Positions 1 to 14,967 of a stretch of DNA of 64,000 nt are shown piece after piece. Location: the NCBI RefSeq assembly GCF_006345805.1, contig NC_043012.1:50530001-50594000 (forward strand). Direction: 5' to 3'. A program made the translations under genes and the position numbers. Below the pieces are notes generated by a model. It saw only the letters and a list, made by a program, of their open reading frames with translations, did not search any database and had not been told where the DNA came from. Every line of letters begins with the position of its first letter. Position 1 is the first letter of the stretch. This DNA is from Octopus sinensis (lineage: Eukaryota).

Positions 1-349
1 CCCATTGTTATTTTAACCGTCATTTTCTTACCGATGTCAAAAATGACTGAGAATATTATCAGCGGAAATTGTTACGATTGTTAGAGTGTATATTGAGAAA
101 AAATTGACCGATAAACAGAAAGATTGTTAAATAGTAAAGTGATACAGAAAATGAAATACTTATGCACTAATTAATCAATCAGCACTGGAAAATTCAATCA
201 TCAGATACTATGCAAAGGTTTCAATTATGCGTTACAGATTACTGAATACTTACAAAGTTTTAAAATGTTTGGACAACCACCGTCATACACAATATTGATA
301 TGAAAAAGAAAAATGAAAATGTGAATTTTTATAATATTGAATTAAAAAT

Positions 350-525
350 TTGGTACAAGGCCAGCCATTTCAGTGGTAGGTCGCTTACAGAGACTCCAGT
401 ACTCAATTTATCGATACTGAAAGTAAAAGTCGACCACCGTGGAATTTGAACTCAGAATGTAAAGATCGATGGGATGCTGTTAAGCAGTTTGATTTGAGAG
501 CTAGCAATTCTGCCAGCTCGCCGCC
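350..525 (-). mobile_element. Degenerate tRNA-derived SINE (family A)
   Basis: Contains ggaatttgaactcagaa and ends in ttctgccagctcgccgcc, the reverse complement of the family A head seen intact at 34937. Confidence 0.75.
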
Positions 526-950
526 ATCGCGTCTTAAGCATCTATATTATGATAACTAGTCCAAAGTATTAAAAAAAACACAAAAGAAAAAGGAATGAAG
601 TTATTATATAATTTCTGTGCTTGTACTGAAGGGATACCACTATCAGGAAAGATGATAAGCAAATTGGTGGTGATTAATTAACTGGAGACATGGCTTATTT
701 GACATATATAATGAAACCATGTGAAATTGTACATATAAATGATAACTAGCCTATTGCTGCGAATCATGTACAGTTAACCCGTATCATGAGAAACAGTAAA
801 ATGAATTTCGTGGAATTTACTACACACATAATCCACATCCACTTTGATTTCATTTTTCCCCAAAACACACATATACTCATTTCGGCCACTTAAGCCATTC
901 ACAAGCAGAAGCTTCGAAGTCACTCTTATCGATATTGTTGTCTAATGAAA

Positions 951-996
<46 letters not shown>

Positions 997-1059
997 ATGT
1001 GTCTGTGTGTGTGTGCGTATGTGTGTGTGTGTGTGAGTGTGTGTTTGTGTGTGTGTGTG

Positions 1060-1260
1060 TGTTTTCTCCATCTCATCGCTTCACAACCGATACTAGTGTG
1101 TTTACGAACCCCGTAACCTAACGCTTCGGCATTATAGACTGATATAGCAAGTGCTAGGCTTATAAAGATTATGTCCTGGGGTCAATATGCTCGACAAAAA
1201 GCGGTGCTCCAGCATGGCTGCATGCTAATGAATGCAACCAGTATAACAGTAAAAGAATAA
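1060..1260 (+). mobile_element. SINE family C, 3' part
   Basis: acaaccgatactagtgtgtttacg...gcggtgctccagcatggctgca...aaaagaataa matches the 3' half of the full copy at 15731-16138. Confidence 0.75.
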
Positions 1261-1269
1261 TATATATAC

Positions 1270-1323
<54 letters not shown>

Positions 1324-1499
1324 ATGTGTGTGTGTGGTGAAAATTAGAAAAAACACCTATTATCAATTGAAATATATATGTATACATATACATATATATA
1401 TGAGTGTATATATATATATATATATCCACTGACATACACATATATACATATATATATATATATACATATATATAGACACACATATGTATCTATATATAT

Positions 1500-1515
1500 A
1501 TAGATAGATAGATAC

Positions 1516-1583
<68 letters not shown>

Positions 1584-1595
1584 GTAGATAGATGG
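1500..1595. repeat. (GATA)n microsatellite
   Basis: Direct read. Similar tracts at ~12865-12963, ~14715-14825 and ~61080-61140. Confidence 0.95.
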
Positions 1596-1914
1596 AGACA
1601 TATAATCATATATTAACGTGTAGATACCCATATATGTGTGTTTGTATGTGTGCTTGTGTGTTCGTGTGTGTCTGTGTCCATTTATCTATTTGTAATTACA
1701 GATATGCATTGACAAATGTATATATTATATAAACATGTTTCTAATAAATCTAGGATTAAAAACAGAAAAAGAAACAGTCTTTTATGTAGTCCAATATTGG
1801 AATGGAGTTTTCGTGCATTTTATAGTTTGCAAAACAAACAGGTCGCAAAGAGAAATGTCGACTGGTAAGTAATTAATTCATGAACAGATATTGAAACATA
1901 CAATAATTATAGCG

Positions 1915-1945
1915 ACAACGACGACGACGACGATGATGATGATGG

Positions 1946-1981
<36 letters not shown>
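1915..1981. repeat. (GAC)n/(GAT)n microsatellite
   Basis: Direct read; explains the poly-T/poly-M ORF at 1891. Confidence 0.95.
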
Positions 1982-1982
<1 letters not shown>

Positions 1983-2301
1983 GAAGACAATAACAGTATC
2001 GACAACATTAAAAACAACAAAGAGCATGACAAGGGGAACAATAACAAAAAAAGAATTGGAAATACGTTCAGATTATATGATTCGTATTACTGTAGTCAAG
2101 TATGGTTGATTGAACGAGTTAATAGCCGTAAGTCCACTCGACTGATATAGTACAACAAGCTGTCACTTTTCACAAACGATTGCTTTGAAGGGGAATGATT
2201 TCAGAAGGAAATATTTCGGATAATCATTCAACTTCATACCAGCAATACGCTTACACTTACACTTACACACACACCCACGCACACAGACACGCATATACAC
2301 G

Positions 2302-2339
<38 letters not shown>

Positions 2340-2535
2340 TATATATATATATATACATGCACAGAATCACACTTACGTACAGTCCTAATACGCACAGTCA
2401 CATTAATTGACATTTTATGCGTATAAAATATCGTAAAATTCATATACAATTGTACTTAATCGTTTTGCATATGTAAACGCCAAATGAACACACACCAACC
2501 GCATACATACGCACAATCATACGCATACAAACGTT

Positions 2536-2583
<48 letters not shown>

Positions 2584-2894
2584 TACGCAAATTTTATAAA
2601 CAAAATATTCAAAAGAAGTATTTTCATGAATTGAACAGTGACTGATACCATCCACTGTGGTTCATATTCGGGGCAGCGCAGATGACCATTCAACATACGA
2701 CTGTCATGGCACTCCCACATTGTTGTGTTGCTGTTGTTATTGTTGTTGTTGTTGTTGTTATTTTTGTTGTTGTTGTTGTTGTGTGTTGTTCTTATATATA
2801 TATATATATATATATCTATATAATATATATATATTATAATATATAATATATATCTTACATATATTTGTACATACCCACATTACTTACATACACG

Positions 2895-2998
2895 ATACGA
2901 GAGGCTTCCAACGGTTTCCCCGAGGTACCACGCAATGGAACTGAGCCCAGAGAAATGTGGTTGGAAAGCAAACATCTTACCAGACAGCAAAGCCTGCA
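2895..2998 (-). mobile_element. SINE family C, 5' fragment (duplicate at ~4480-4580)
   Basis: ccacgcaatggaactgagccc...atgtggttggaaagcaaacatcttaccagacagc is the reverse complement of a diverged C head. Confidence 0.7.
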
Positions 2999-3018
2999 TA
3001 TATATATATATATATATA

Positions 3019-3053
<35 letters not shown>

Positions 3054-3352
3054 TATATATATATATATATATATATATGAGTATATATATATATATATAA
3101 CTAAAATTATTCATAATAAGGATAACTCTTAATAAGGCAATCTTACAAGAAACCCAGGCAGAGATCGTGAAAAACCTCATAAGAGAAAAATTTCGAAAAT
3201 AATTCTTTCTATTGAACATATTAATTTATATATAGAGGGCATTATTACACATACATGCCACACGCTAAGAGGGACATTAGTCATTTCTACAAAAAATTTT
3301 ACTAATCATACCCAATGCAATTTTCAAAGCAAGACCATTTAAAAAATGAATT

Positions 3353-3422
3353 TAGTATTGCTGATGATGAGTACGGTCGCAACTGCGGTAAGTACGACGA
3401 AATCACAGGTGATACAAGACTA
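3353..3422 (+). ncRNA. Type I hammerhead ribozyme, damaged copy
   Basis: tagtattg-CTGATGATGA-gtac...gtac-GACGAAA-tcacaggtgaTA-caagacta; two 3-nt duplications in the core relative to the 4882 copy. Confidence 0.7.
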
Positions 3423-3849
3423 AATTCATTTTTTAAATGTCTTGCTTTGAAAAATTGCATTGGGATAGTTAAAATTTTTTAGTAGAAATTGGACGGTAGA
3501 AATGACTAATGCCCCTCTTAGCGTGTGGCATGTATGTGTAAATGCCCTCTATATAATAATAATAATATGTTCAATAAGAACGAATTATTTTCGAAATTTT
3601 TCTCTTATGAGGTTTTTCACGATATCTACCTGATAATTTCTTGTTAAGATTCCTTATTAAGAAGTTATCCTTAATTGTTAAATAATTTTATTCCGAAAAA
3701 ACTTTTCCTAATCGAAATGCAATTCGAAGAAGCCTGCCATTTACCGGATGTATTATATGTAAACTTCCCCATGTGCTTCGTTGGAGTAGAACAGATAGCT
3801 GTTCGGCTTTGACGGTGCGAGGTCGTTTATTTATGATATGTTCAGAATC

Positions 3850-3911
3850 AGTCTTGCTGATGAGTACGGTCGCAACTGCGGTCAGTACGAAATCACAGGT
3901 GACACAAGACT
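3850..3911 (+). ncRNA. Type I hammerhead ribozyme, U16.1C variant
   Basis: agtcttg-CTGATGA-gtac...gtac-GAAA-tcacaggtga-CA-caagact; stems I, II and III all pair. Confidence 0.8.
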
Positions 3912-4586
3912 AATTCATTTTTTAAATGTCTTGCTTGAAAAAATTGCATTGGGGGTATGATTAGTAAAAGTTTTTGGTAGAAATGACTAATGTCCCTCTT
4001 AGCGTGTGGCATGTATGTGAATAATGCCCTCCTCCTCTATATATAATATATATAATATATATATATATTATATATATATATATATATATTATATTATACA
4101 CATATATATGGTGTGTGTTTGTATTTACAGGGGGAGAGAGAGATCCACATGTACATATTTCTGTACAGAGATAACTACTAGGCACCTCTATACAGTGTGT
4201 GTGTGTGTGTAATGTGTGTGAGTGTGTGTGTATGTGTATACCAGTATATGATGATTGACTGCATAGTTTTGAATATAGAAACACCAAACTATATATTGTA
4301 ACGGTGACCATGCAAAAGGATATCAACCAAATTACATAAAGTTTGTGAACGGACGTACAACGACGAATGTTAAAGACAACTTCCGGGCAATTCTGTGCAT
4401 ATATTCATACATTATCATAATAGTATATATATATATATACATATATTTGTACATACACACATACTTACATACACGTATACGAGAGGCTTCCAACGGTTTC
4501 CCCGAGGTACCACGCAATGGAACTGAGCCCAGAGAAATGTGGTTGGAAAGCAAACATCTTACCAGACAGCAAAGCCTGCATATATA

Positions 4587-4630
<44 letters not shown>

Positions 4631-4881
4631 ATACATATTAAGGATAACTTATATTAATATAAATGAATCTTAACAAGAAATTACCAGGCAGATATCGTGA
4701 AAAACCTCATAAGAGAAAAATTTCGAAAATATTCTTTCTTATTGAACATATTAATTTATATATAGAGGGCATTATTACACATACATGCCACACGCTAAGA
4801 GGGACATTAGTCATTTCTACAAAAAATTTTACTAATCATACCCAATGCAATTTTCAAAGCAAGACATTTAAAAAATGAATT

Positions 4882-4945
4882 TAGTATTGCTGATGAGTAC
4901 GGTCGCAACTGCGGTAAGTACGAAATCACAGGTGATACAAGACTA
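4882..4945 (+). ncRNA. Type I hammerhead ribozyme, canonical core
   Basis: Stem I tagtattg/caagacta, CTGATGA at 4890-4896, stem II gtac/gtac, GAAA at 4922-4925, stem III Atca/tgaT, AUA triplet; predicted cut between 4937 and 4938. Confidence 0.9.
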
Positions 4946-5359
4946 AATTCATTTTTTAAATGTCTTGCTTTGAAAAATTGCATTGGGTATGATTAGTAAA
5001 ATTTTTTGGTAGAAATGACTAATGCCCCTCTTAGCGTGTGGCATGTATGTGTAATAATGCCCTCTATATATAAATTAATATGTTCAATAAGAAAGAATTA
5101 TTTTCGAAATTTTTCTCTTATGAGGTTTTTCACGATATCTACCTGATAATTTCTTGTTAAGATTCCTTATTAAGAAGTTATCCTAATTGTTAATAATTTT
5201 ATTCGAAAAAACTTTTCCTAATCGAAATGCAATTCGAAGAAGCCTGCCATTTACCGGATGTATTATATGTAAACTTCCCCATGTGCTTCGTTGGAGTAGA
5301 ACAGATAGCTGTTCGGCTTTAACGGGTCGAGGTCGTTTATTTATGATATGTTCAGAATC

Positions 5360-5421
5360 AGTCTTGCTGATGAGTACGGTCGCAACTGCGGTCAGTACGA
5401 AATCACAGGTGACACAAGACT
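5360..5421 (+). ncRNA. Type I hammerhead ribozyme, U16.1C variant
   Basis: Perfect 7-bp stem I agtcttg/caagact, extended by gaat/attc; CTGATGA at 5367-5373; GAAA at 5399-5402; ACA instead of AUA at the cleavage site. Confidence 0.85.
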
Positions 5422-5554
5422 AAATTCATTTTTTAAATGTCTTGCTTTGAAAAATTGCATTGGGGGTATGATTAGTAAAAGTTTTTGGTAGAAATGACTA
5501 ATGTCCCTCTTAGCGTGTGGCATGTATGTGTATAATGCCCTCTATAATAATATA

Positions 5555-5601
<47 letters not shown>

Positions 5602-5929
5602 AACACATATATATGTGTGTGTGTTGTGTATTTACAGGGGGAGAGAGAGATCCACATGTACATATTCTGTACAGAACATACTAGGCACCTCTATATACAT
5701 GTGTGTGTGTGTGTGTGTAAATGTGTGTGAGTGTGTGTGTATGTGTATACCAGTATATGATGATTGACTGCATAGTTTTGAATATAGAAACACCAAACTA
5801 TATATTGTAACGGTGACCATGCAAAAGGATATCAAACCAATTACATAAAGTTTGTGAACGGACGTACAACGACGAAATGTTAAAGACAACTTCCGGGCAA
5901 TTCTGTGGCATATTCATTCATTACATACG

Positions 5930-6480
<551 letters not shown>

Positions 6481-6600
6481 ATATATATATATTATTTATA
6501 TATATATAATTATTTATATATATGTGTACATGCATATATATATATATGTTTGTATGTATATATGTTAACACACACACGCACTCGAAGAACGCACATACAT

Positions 6601-6845
6601 GAAACCGGTCGGAGGATCATGGTTTCGTTTTGCGTGTTTATTGAGCGAAAACACCTAAAAGCTCTACGATGCTCAGGCAGGATGTGGTGGCGACCTCTCT
6701 TCTACTCTTTCCCCACAACTTTCTCTCACTCTCTCTTCCTGTTCCTTGAGCTGCGATGAACTGGTGTCCCGTCCAGCTGGGGGGAACACATACGCCAGAG
6801 AAACCGGGAAACCGGGCCCAGGAGGTTAGCTAGGCTTGAAAAGGT
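6601..6845 (+). mobile_element. SINE family B, 5'-degraded, tail type 2
   Basis: Body ttgagcgaaaacacctaaaagctc plus tail gtcccgtccagctggggggaacacatacgccagagaaaccggg. Confidence 0.8.
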
Positions 6846-7071
6846 AGACGTTTAACGTTTTTATATATACATATATATTTACATACATAAGATATATATA
6901 TATTTCCATATATGTATATACATATATACGTACATATATATATATATACATATATCTATATACATATATATATATATATATAATATCTATATATATTCTA
7001 TATATATATATATATATACATGTATTTATATGTATATATATGCATATATATGTATATACACGTATATATAT

Positions 7072-7117
<46 letters not shown>

Positions 7118-7118
7118 C

Positions 7119-7164
<46 letters not shown>

Positions 7165-7716
7165 CTATAATATATATATATATTATATATTATTATATAT
7201 ATATATACTATATTATATAAATATATATATATAATATATATATATATATGCACACGTACATACGACTAATCCACGAGGCAATTATTCGATAATGATATTT
7301 CTAAATAATAGTTTCCATACAAATATGTTTACAAAATCTCTTCAATTTCCGCAGACGTCAAATAAGAAAATATCTACGTCTATTTATCATTTTTGCAATG
7401 TCAAGATAAAATGACAACACCAAGTTTGTATACGTTTCTTTTTATTCTTTTCTACATCACACACTAACCCACTCTTTTTCACCTTTCCCTCTCTTTCTAT
7501 TTATATATCTTTCACTCCTTACCACCACCTCTCTCATGCAAATCTAACAATGTATACGACACAAATGTCATACATCAACAAAAATTACGAGACACCACAC
7601 CGTTTGTTATACGAAATATTCCTATCACTGCTGTATACGATGTAGGTGTCTGGCTTATCGTTTATCGAACAATAATGTATCATGAAGAAAAAAACGAAAC
7701 CCAAGAAAAAATAGTA

Positions 7717-7769
<53 letters not shown>

Positions 7770-8300
7770 TTTTAATAATAATGATGCTGATAATAATATT
7801 AATAATGTAAGACAATTTGACGCAGATGACTAAGAAAATGTTCAACAAAAAAGAAACGTATGTTTTTGTGCGTGAGAGAGAGAGGGGGAAAGAGAGAGAG
7901 AGAGAAAGGGACAGACAGACAGACAGACAGACACAGAAATACAAAAAAGGAAAGAACGTGTGGCAAAGAGACAGAGATCAATGTAATAGATGCGTAAATA
8001 TGATTTCATGTAAAACAAAACAAGTAAAAACAAAAAACTGTAACAAGCTGATATCAAAATGTAATCTTTCATTTAAATAAACTACGATTATATAGGTACA
8101 TCATAGTTGTTTAAACAAAGGAAAAACACGAAAAAATGAATATCAAATTTCTCCGAGTGAATGAAGCTGAAAATCAGAGTGACAGAATATAAATACGTTT
8201 AAAAGAATAAAGGAAAAGAAGTTAAAAAGTGGTTTGAGTGTGTTGGTGTGTAAGCATGAATGTACGGATATGCACACACATATATATATGTGTGTGTATA

Positions 8301-8338
<38 letters not shown>

Positions 8339-8615
8339 GTATATATATATATATATATATATACTTGGCAAATCTCTGAATTAACTGTCACCTCTACAAA
8401 TATATAATATATATTAAATACTTAATTCCAATTCTCGTATTGAGATTATTATAGTGTTAATATTTGAAATATCCTACATAGAAAATTCGTCCGCGTTATT
8501 TGTAAATGTTAAAATGGGCGCGTTTTACGTTAGAAAATGTGTCTTATATTTTACAAAACAGTAATTAAGTCGAAAAAGTTGGGGGTTTTTTTGTGTAATT
8601 CTCACGCATAGATCC

Positions 8616-9300
8616 CTAGAAATATGTCAATTGGTCCAAATTGACCAGGTCCCTACAGATGGTAAGTTTCTTAACAAAACTCACACTGATGAAATGCGTG
8701 AGGTGGTAGATGTTATGGATAGATATGTCTGGGAGAGCACATGATCGCACGTCACCGATCATTCTACCAGCGGCAAGTACCAACCTCTTTACTATCTCTC
8801 TTGCGAAAACCTTGCAATCTTCGATGCGGATTGATACGGGCTTAAGATCATTTATGCAGTCACCCTTGCCTGAGTCGTTTCTCACCCATGGCTCGCAGCA
8901 ATAGGAATTATCCCATTCTACTATCAGCTGCGATAAATAACCGACAAACTATCACCGAAGTTTGAGCATCCAGCCACAAGGATTTCTCTTTTGTGAAGTC
9001 AGTCATCGCGTCCTCTATGTCTTCGGCTGTTATCGGCATTTCGAAGAATCACACATCCCTGGACGAAAGGTGCAGCATGCCACTGATGCAGGGCTAGAAA
9101 GTCCACCAGTGTCTCCGAAGCACCACGCGCTTCGTACATTTTGGCAAAGTGCTGCTGAAATTCTGCACTCATCTGCTTGAATGTGAGTGGCATAAGCCTC
9201 TCCCGGTCCTGCTTTGTTCCCATGTTACACTTCCGATATCTGGGCCTATCGAACAATTTTCAGTCCCTCGTGTCTCAGAGCATACCCACACTTTTCATTG
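8616..9300 (-). mobile_element. Degraded Tx1/L1-clade LINE ORF2 fragment (RT N-terminal domains)
   Basis: Minus-strand peptides AEFQQHFAKMY, EMPITAEDIEDAMTDFTKEKS and KGDCINDLKPVSIRIEDCKVFAREIVKRLVLAAGRMIGDVRSCALPDISIHNI...LVNLDQ resemble RT domains 0-3 (RPISLLN.D.KI; Q.CA.PGR.I; LDQ.KAFD). Frameshifted. Confidence 0.8.
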
Positions 9301-9329
9301 ACGATCTGATCAACACCCAATATTGAAGC

Positions 9330-9730
9330 AATCCATTCGGTTGTTATGCCTTCTTAACTAGTTTTCTCTATTGTAGATTATCTAACGCCAGATCATTACA
9401 GCATAGAGTCCATGTATGATATTCATAGAATAGTGTAGAAATGACTACAGCCTTGTAGATCTTTTTCGATAGTATGATGCCTTTCTGCTGGAAGCATTTC
9501 ATTTTTCAGTCTCTGAAATGTATGAATGGCTTTGTGGCATCTGAATAATCATTCATAGGCTGAGATTGTACTGCCAAGTTACCTGAGATTATCCATGCAT
9601 TGAAGTTGGAGACCTTTAATTGTGATGTTTGGCTGGGATGAATTATTTTCGGAGCTGCTTGGGCTAGGACTGCTTTCGCAAGGGCTGATGATTAGTGCAA
9701 AGAGCTCAGATCCTTTTTCAATGTGATCAA
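9330..9730 (-). mobile_element. Degraded RTE-clade LINE fragment (RT C-terminal/thumb)
   Basis: Minus-strand peptides GSELFALIIS, NITIKGLQLQCMDNLR*LGSTIS and KIYKAVVISTLFYEYHTWTL match the RTE motifs FGLTIS, YLGSTIS and VYRAVVLSTLLYGCETWTL. Confidence 0.75.
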
Positions 9731-11605
9731 AATGAGTGCTTGTATAATTGTGTAAATGTGTGTTTGCATATGTACAGGAGCGCACATATTGCACACATAT
9801 ATATGTACATATATACAAATAGATATGTACAATTAGATTCAAATGTACACATATTCCCGCTTGTTACAGCACAAGCATTTTGTATATAGATTTATATAAA
9901 TATACGTTTAGACATATAATAAACATATATGATGTGCATCTCTACGTTTATTAATCTCTCTCACTCTGAAATTGCGAGGATATTCTGGTCCTTGACTGAA
10001 GATTGAAAACTTCGAATGACCCGTCCTTGTTTTCTTTGTATCGTCAATCTGGATGTTTTGTTGTCCCCTTTTGTATCATCACCTAGTTGCCCTTATGTTT
10101 TGTATTCTTGTCCCATTTTGTATTGTACATATATATATATACGCACACACTTATATATGTGTGTGTTTCTGTGTGTGTATATGCTTATACATTTATGTAT
10201 ATGAATATCTGTATATATGCGTCTCTCTCTATATGCCTTGTATTTATGTTAAGTTGTCTATTAATCCATGTATGAGCGTATATCAACATGCATTTCTGTT
10301 GATAACTATGTATATATTTGTAATATTTTAGATTGTGAATTTGATTAAGTATGTGTACATTTACTAATACATATTTATTATTGTAAATTATGTAGTAATT
10401 TATAATTATTTAAGTCTTCAATTATCACGAGTTTCTGAAATCATGATATGAATTGAAAATATAATAATGATAAAATCAATTGTTATAATTATGATTAAAA
10501 TTAGTGTTTTGAATATTTTCGGAAATTTGATCTGTACTAAGTTAGATTTGGAAGTTAGTTACAGAAATTATCATAAAATTAAATATTACAAAGAAAAGAA
10601 TGTTAATTGAATTTTAAAATATATATAATAAGTTGAAAATGAAAATGTTTAATGAAAAATGTCCTTGAAATACTTTTCAAATATCCAATACCTATAAACA
10701 AAATATAGGGATAAGGTATTTGCATAAATATGTGTAATCATGTGTGTGTGTTGTCTGTGTCTGTGTGCACTCGCGTGAAAGTTTGATTGTGTTGTGAAAG
10801 TATGCGTGTATGTTGGCTAATGTGTATTGTCTAATGTGTATGTCTTTGTGTATGTAGATATATAAATATTTATCCTGACTGCTATCTGGAAGGAAAAGAA
10901 TACACCCAGCAAAGGAGTTTCTTACATATACAGTTTATTTGCAGACAAGAATCAACGCTTAATAATACTAATGCAATATCTGTGAAAAACAAATCGTTAG
11001 ACATTATTGCATTGGAATGAGTTAAAAGTTGGTATATATAAATTGAAGAAGTATTTCTGAAACGTGATTAGGTTTACTGTGGTATCGTACTTAGGTATAT
11101 ATTTTTAATCTTGCCATGTGATGATGGGTTATATTACGACAGAAATCGGAATTTGAACTTAAATTTCATTGGTTTGAATGTTAGGTATCAAAAATATCCA
11201 TATGTAATACTCAGTCAAATGTGATTCAACGATGATTACAGATAAAGGAAAATATGTCTATGGTATCATTTAAGTAGCGTTCAAATACGACTCATATTGC
11301 AAAATGTCGTCTTACATACAAGTATACATCTTTCGTTATGTAAATTCTCAAAACTTTTCTGAGGAAAACTATAAGCTGGTGTCTAGAATATGCAAAATTT
11401 ATAAACACAAAAATCCTATTCAAAATAGCAATAAACATACAAAAGCTAGTTGTGGTGTTTTCCTTTAATCAAATATTAGCACCTGCGAAGCGTGAAGGAT
11501 ATGGTATAAACTGTAAGAATAAATATATGTACGTGTGTGCATGTGTATGTGCGTGAGTGTGCCTGTGTTTGTGCATAATATGTATGTATGTATATGTTTT
11601 GACTT

Positions 11606-11643
<38 letters not shown>

Positions 11644-11645
11644 GT

Positions 11646-11810
11646 ACGACTGGCTTCTTTCAGTTTCCGTCTACCATATCCACTCGCAAAGCTCTGGTCG
11701 GATCGAGGCTACAGTAGATGGCACTCATCGAAGGTTCCACGCAGTGGGACTGAACACGGAACCATGTGGTTCGTAAGCAACCTAATTACCACGCAACCAT
11801 TCCTAAGCCT
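11646..11810 (-). mobile_element. SINE family C, 5' part
   Basis: ttctttcagtttccgtctacc...ccacgcagtgggactgaac.cggaaccatgtgg. Confidence 0.85.
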
Positions 11811-12136
11811 ATAATTTTATATATTTATATATTTATATATGGTCAATAAATATAATGTACATATGATACCTTTTTAAATAAGTTAATTTGAAATGCTGTA
11901 ACTGAGGAATAATTATAATTGATATATTTCATAGTTTACCGTACGCAGTACTGAAAAGTACATAGTAAAGAGTTTCAAGATATCATTATTTTCAAGGCAT
12001 CACTTATTTTGGCTTCGTTATTATACATTATACTACTCGATGCCCGTACAAACTAGCGGGTGAAAATTCCACTTCAGCGGATTAGCTAACAAAGATATGG
12101 AGCAGTTTGATCCAGGTTGACAATTCTCATACTATA

Positions 12137-12168
<32 letters not shown>

Positions 12169-12267
12169 ACAAGTTGTTTATAATTTTAACCGTAAAGTTA
12201 TTTTAATATGCTGCCGCATTATTTGATGGAATTTGTTTCTGAAGAAAAGAAACTTCATCCTATATTA

Positions 12268-12314
<47 letters not shown>

Positions 12315-12616
12315 TGTTAGGGCAAATTAGAGTTCAATAAATCAAGATTTCATTCTTGTGTAATCCTTCAAGAATATGAATATATATATGTATATTTGCT
12401 GGAAAAGTCGATGAAAACTAAAAACCTTCCAAAAATCGTAATGTATTTGAAAAGTTCTTAAAGTTACATATCCTGAATAATACAGCATTTTCTTCTTTAT
12501 ATACATTTTACTTACCATACCTTAATTTATTCACTTTCGATTTCACCTTAAATACATTTATTCATGAAAATGTTTCAATAATATAGTACGCCATTTCTGC
12601 ACAACAGACACACACA

Positions 12617-12667
<51 letters not shown>

Positions 12668-12891
12668 AGTATTATACCCACACACACACATATATATATA
12701 TATACATATGTATATATACGAATATATATGAACACACACTACACATGTATTCATGCATACACATAACTGCTTTTTTATAAAATGTTCATATATATACATA
12801 TGAGAGCGCTTGTTTAGTAATGCGTATCTGTCCGCCAGACGGCCTTTTCATCAATGTCTCTAAGTATATCTATCTATCCATCCATCTATCA

Positions 12892-13027
<136 letters not shown>

Positions 13028-13301
13028 GTATATATTACGTACACACACATTTGATCTCAAAAATGCGGGCAGTCATGTGTGAATATATCTTGAATTCAAT
13101 ATCACACTGAATTGCATCGGCCACGGATACATGTATACGTTGATGAAATTTTATTAATCTAAAATTATTTATTCACGTAGGTGTATAAATAACAATTAAG
13201 TCGATAATTAATCCCTGTATGCGTACATATAGAAGCACGCAGATATTTACATATACATAGACATTACACATGCGCAATACGTGCATACACTTTTGTTCGT
13301 G

Positions 13302-13399
<98 letters not shown>

Positions 13400-14738
13400 A
13401 TATGTGCGTGTGTGTGTGTGTGTATTTATAGGTATATATATATATATATTATATATATATATATATGTATGTATGTATATGTACATATATCTATGTATGT
13501 GTCTCCATGTCTGCATATATGTGTTTGTGTATCCTTACTTGTAACAGATGATGCATCTATTGTGCATGTAAGACAATTCTTAATTGCTTTAGCATTCTCG
13601 TACACGTTGTTTTATAGAAGTACTTTTATATACAAGTGAATATTTACGTATAGATTGAACATACTCATATACAAGTTTATATGAAAACATAACACTTTTC
13701 TGAATACAAACAAACACATAATACTTACAAATATATATTTGCGTACGCTTTTGTGGTTTTGTGTATCTACATAATTGTATGCGACTGAGATTGAGAAAGT
13801 TTGTGTAGATATTCGCGTCTATAAATGAATATTAATATATATGTAAACATATGATGAAGCCAAAGTTACCTGAACTAATCGATTGCTGTCTAAATCGATC
13901 GATTCATGCAATTTCAATATTTGGCAAACCAAATTAAATAAACATACATCGATTAACATTAAACAAGCAGTGCGGCCTACGTACGAGTTTATATGAATGC
14001 CCTGAGAATTACCTTTGCATATATTTACGCAAAATTCATCAAGCATTCTTCATAGTAAGATGAAATGCAAATTGTTCACACATAGACGAACATATACATA
14101 ATTTCACATATATTTATATAGGGTCAATAAAAGACATTTATATTTATAGAATACAAGGAAAGCACTCTTTAGCACAATAGAGGTCACATATTCACATATG
14201 TATCTCCTTGAGGTATATAAATATATATATATGTATATTCATAAAAGCAAACAAAATATGCAGACACAATACTAACGATCACGCACAAGAATAAATGAAA
14301 AGAAAAGTAACATTACTTATAACTTGGAAATAAGTTTTCGTTCTGATACCCAACAATCTTCAGAACATTTGTCGACATTATTACATTTATATATTTGAGT
14401 GAATGCAAGTACTTTTTATATGTGTGAGTGTATGAGCGTGTGTGTGTATGTGTGTATATGAATGTATGCATGGGATGATATCTCATATGAAAAGCTTTAG
14501 TCATCATGCCAAAATATAGTAGATGGTGTATTATAAAGGCACACAAAACTACGAACATAATCACAAAAACACACAGATGATTCTGTGAATACAATGCTAT
14601 ACATTTGTCATACATATGCAAGCGAAAGAGTAACGATACACCTCTCACCCACGTTGAATATACTTACATATTAACATGCATATGCACACGTATGCATGCA
14701 TATATATATATAGAGAGAGATAGATAGATAGATAGATT

Positions 14739-14792
<54 letters not shown>

Positions 14793-14825
14793 CAGACATA
14801 TCGATAGATAGATAGATAGATAGAA

Positions 14826-14862
<37 letters not shown>

Positions 14863-14936
14863 CGTTTACATATACATACATTTATATATACACACAACAG
14901 TTAAATATATAAGCATATATGTATATGAATATATAT

Positions 14937-14967
<31 letters not shown>

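Larger units (their letters stand above)
3118..4040 (+). mobile_element. Non-autonomous HHR element (Penelope pLTR/retrozyme-like), copy 1
   Basis: Inverted arm 3118-3360 against 3416-3672, two HHR motifs (3353-3422, 3850-3911), and (TA)n on both sides. Confidence 0.85.
4641..5545 (+). mobile_element. Non-autonomous HHR element (Penelope pLTR/retrozyme-like), copy 2
   Basis: Inverted arm 4641-4889 against 4938-5184; HHRs at 4882 and 5360 with predicted cleavage sites 477 nt apart; ends at gccctctata running into (TA)n. Confidence 0.9.

Noticed and set aside
9579-9730. Apparent host exon ending CTCAG|GTAACT
   Set aside because: The reading frame continues into RTE LINE motifs, so it is a transposon remnant.
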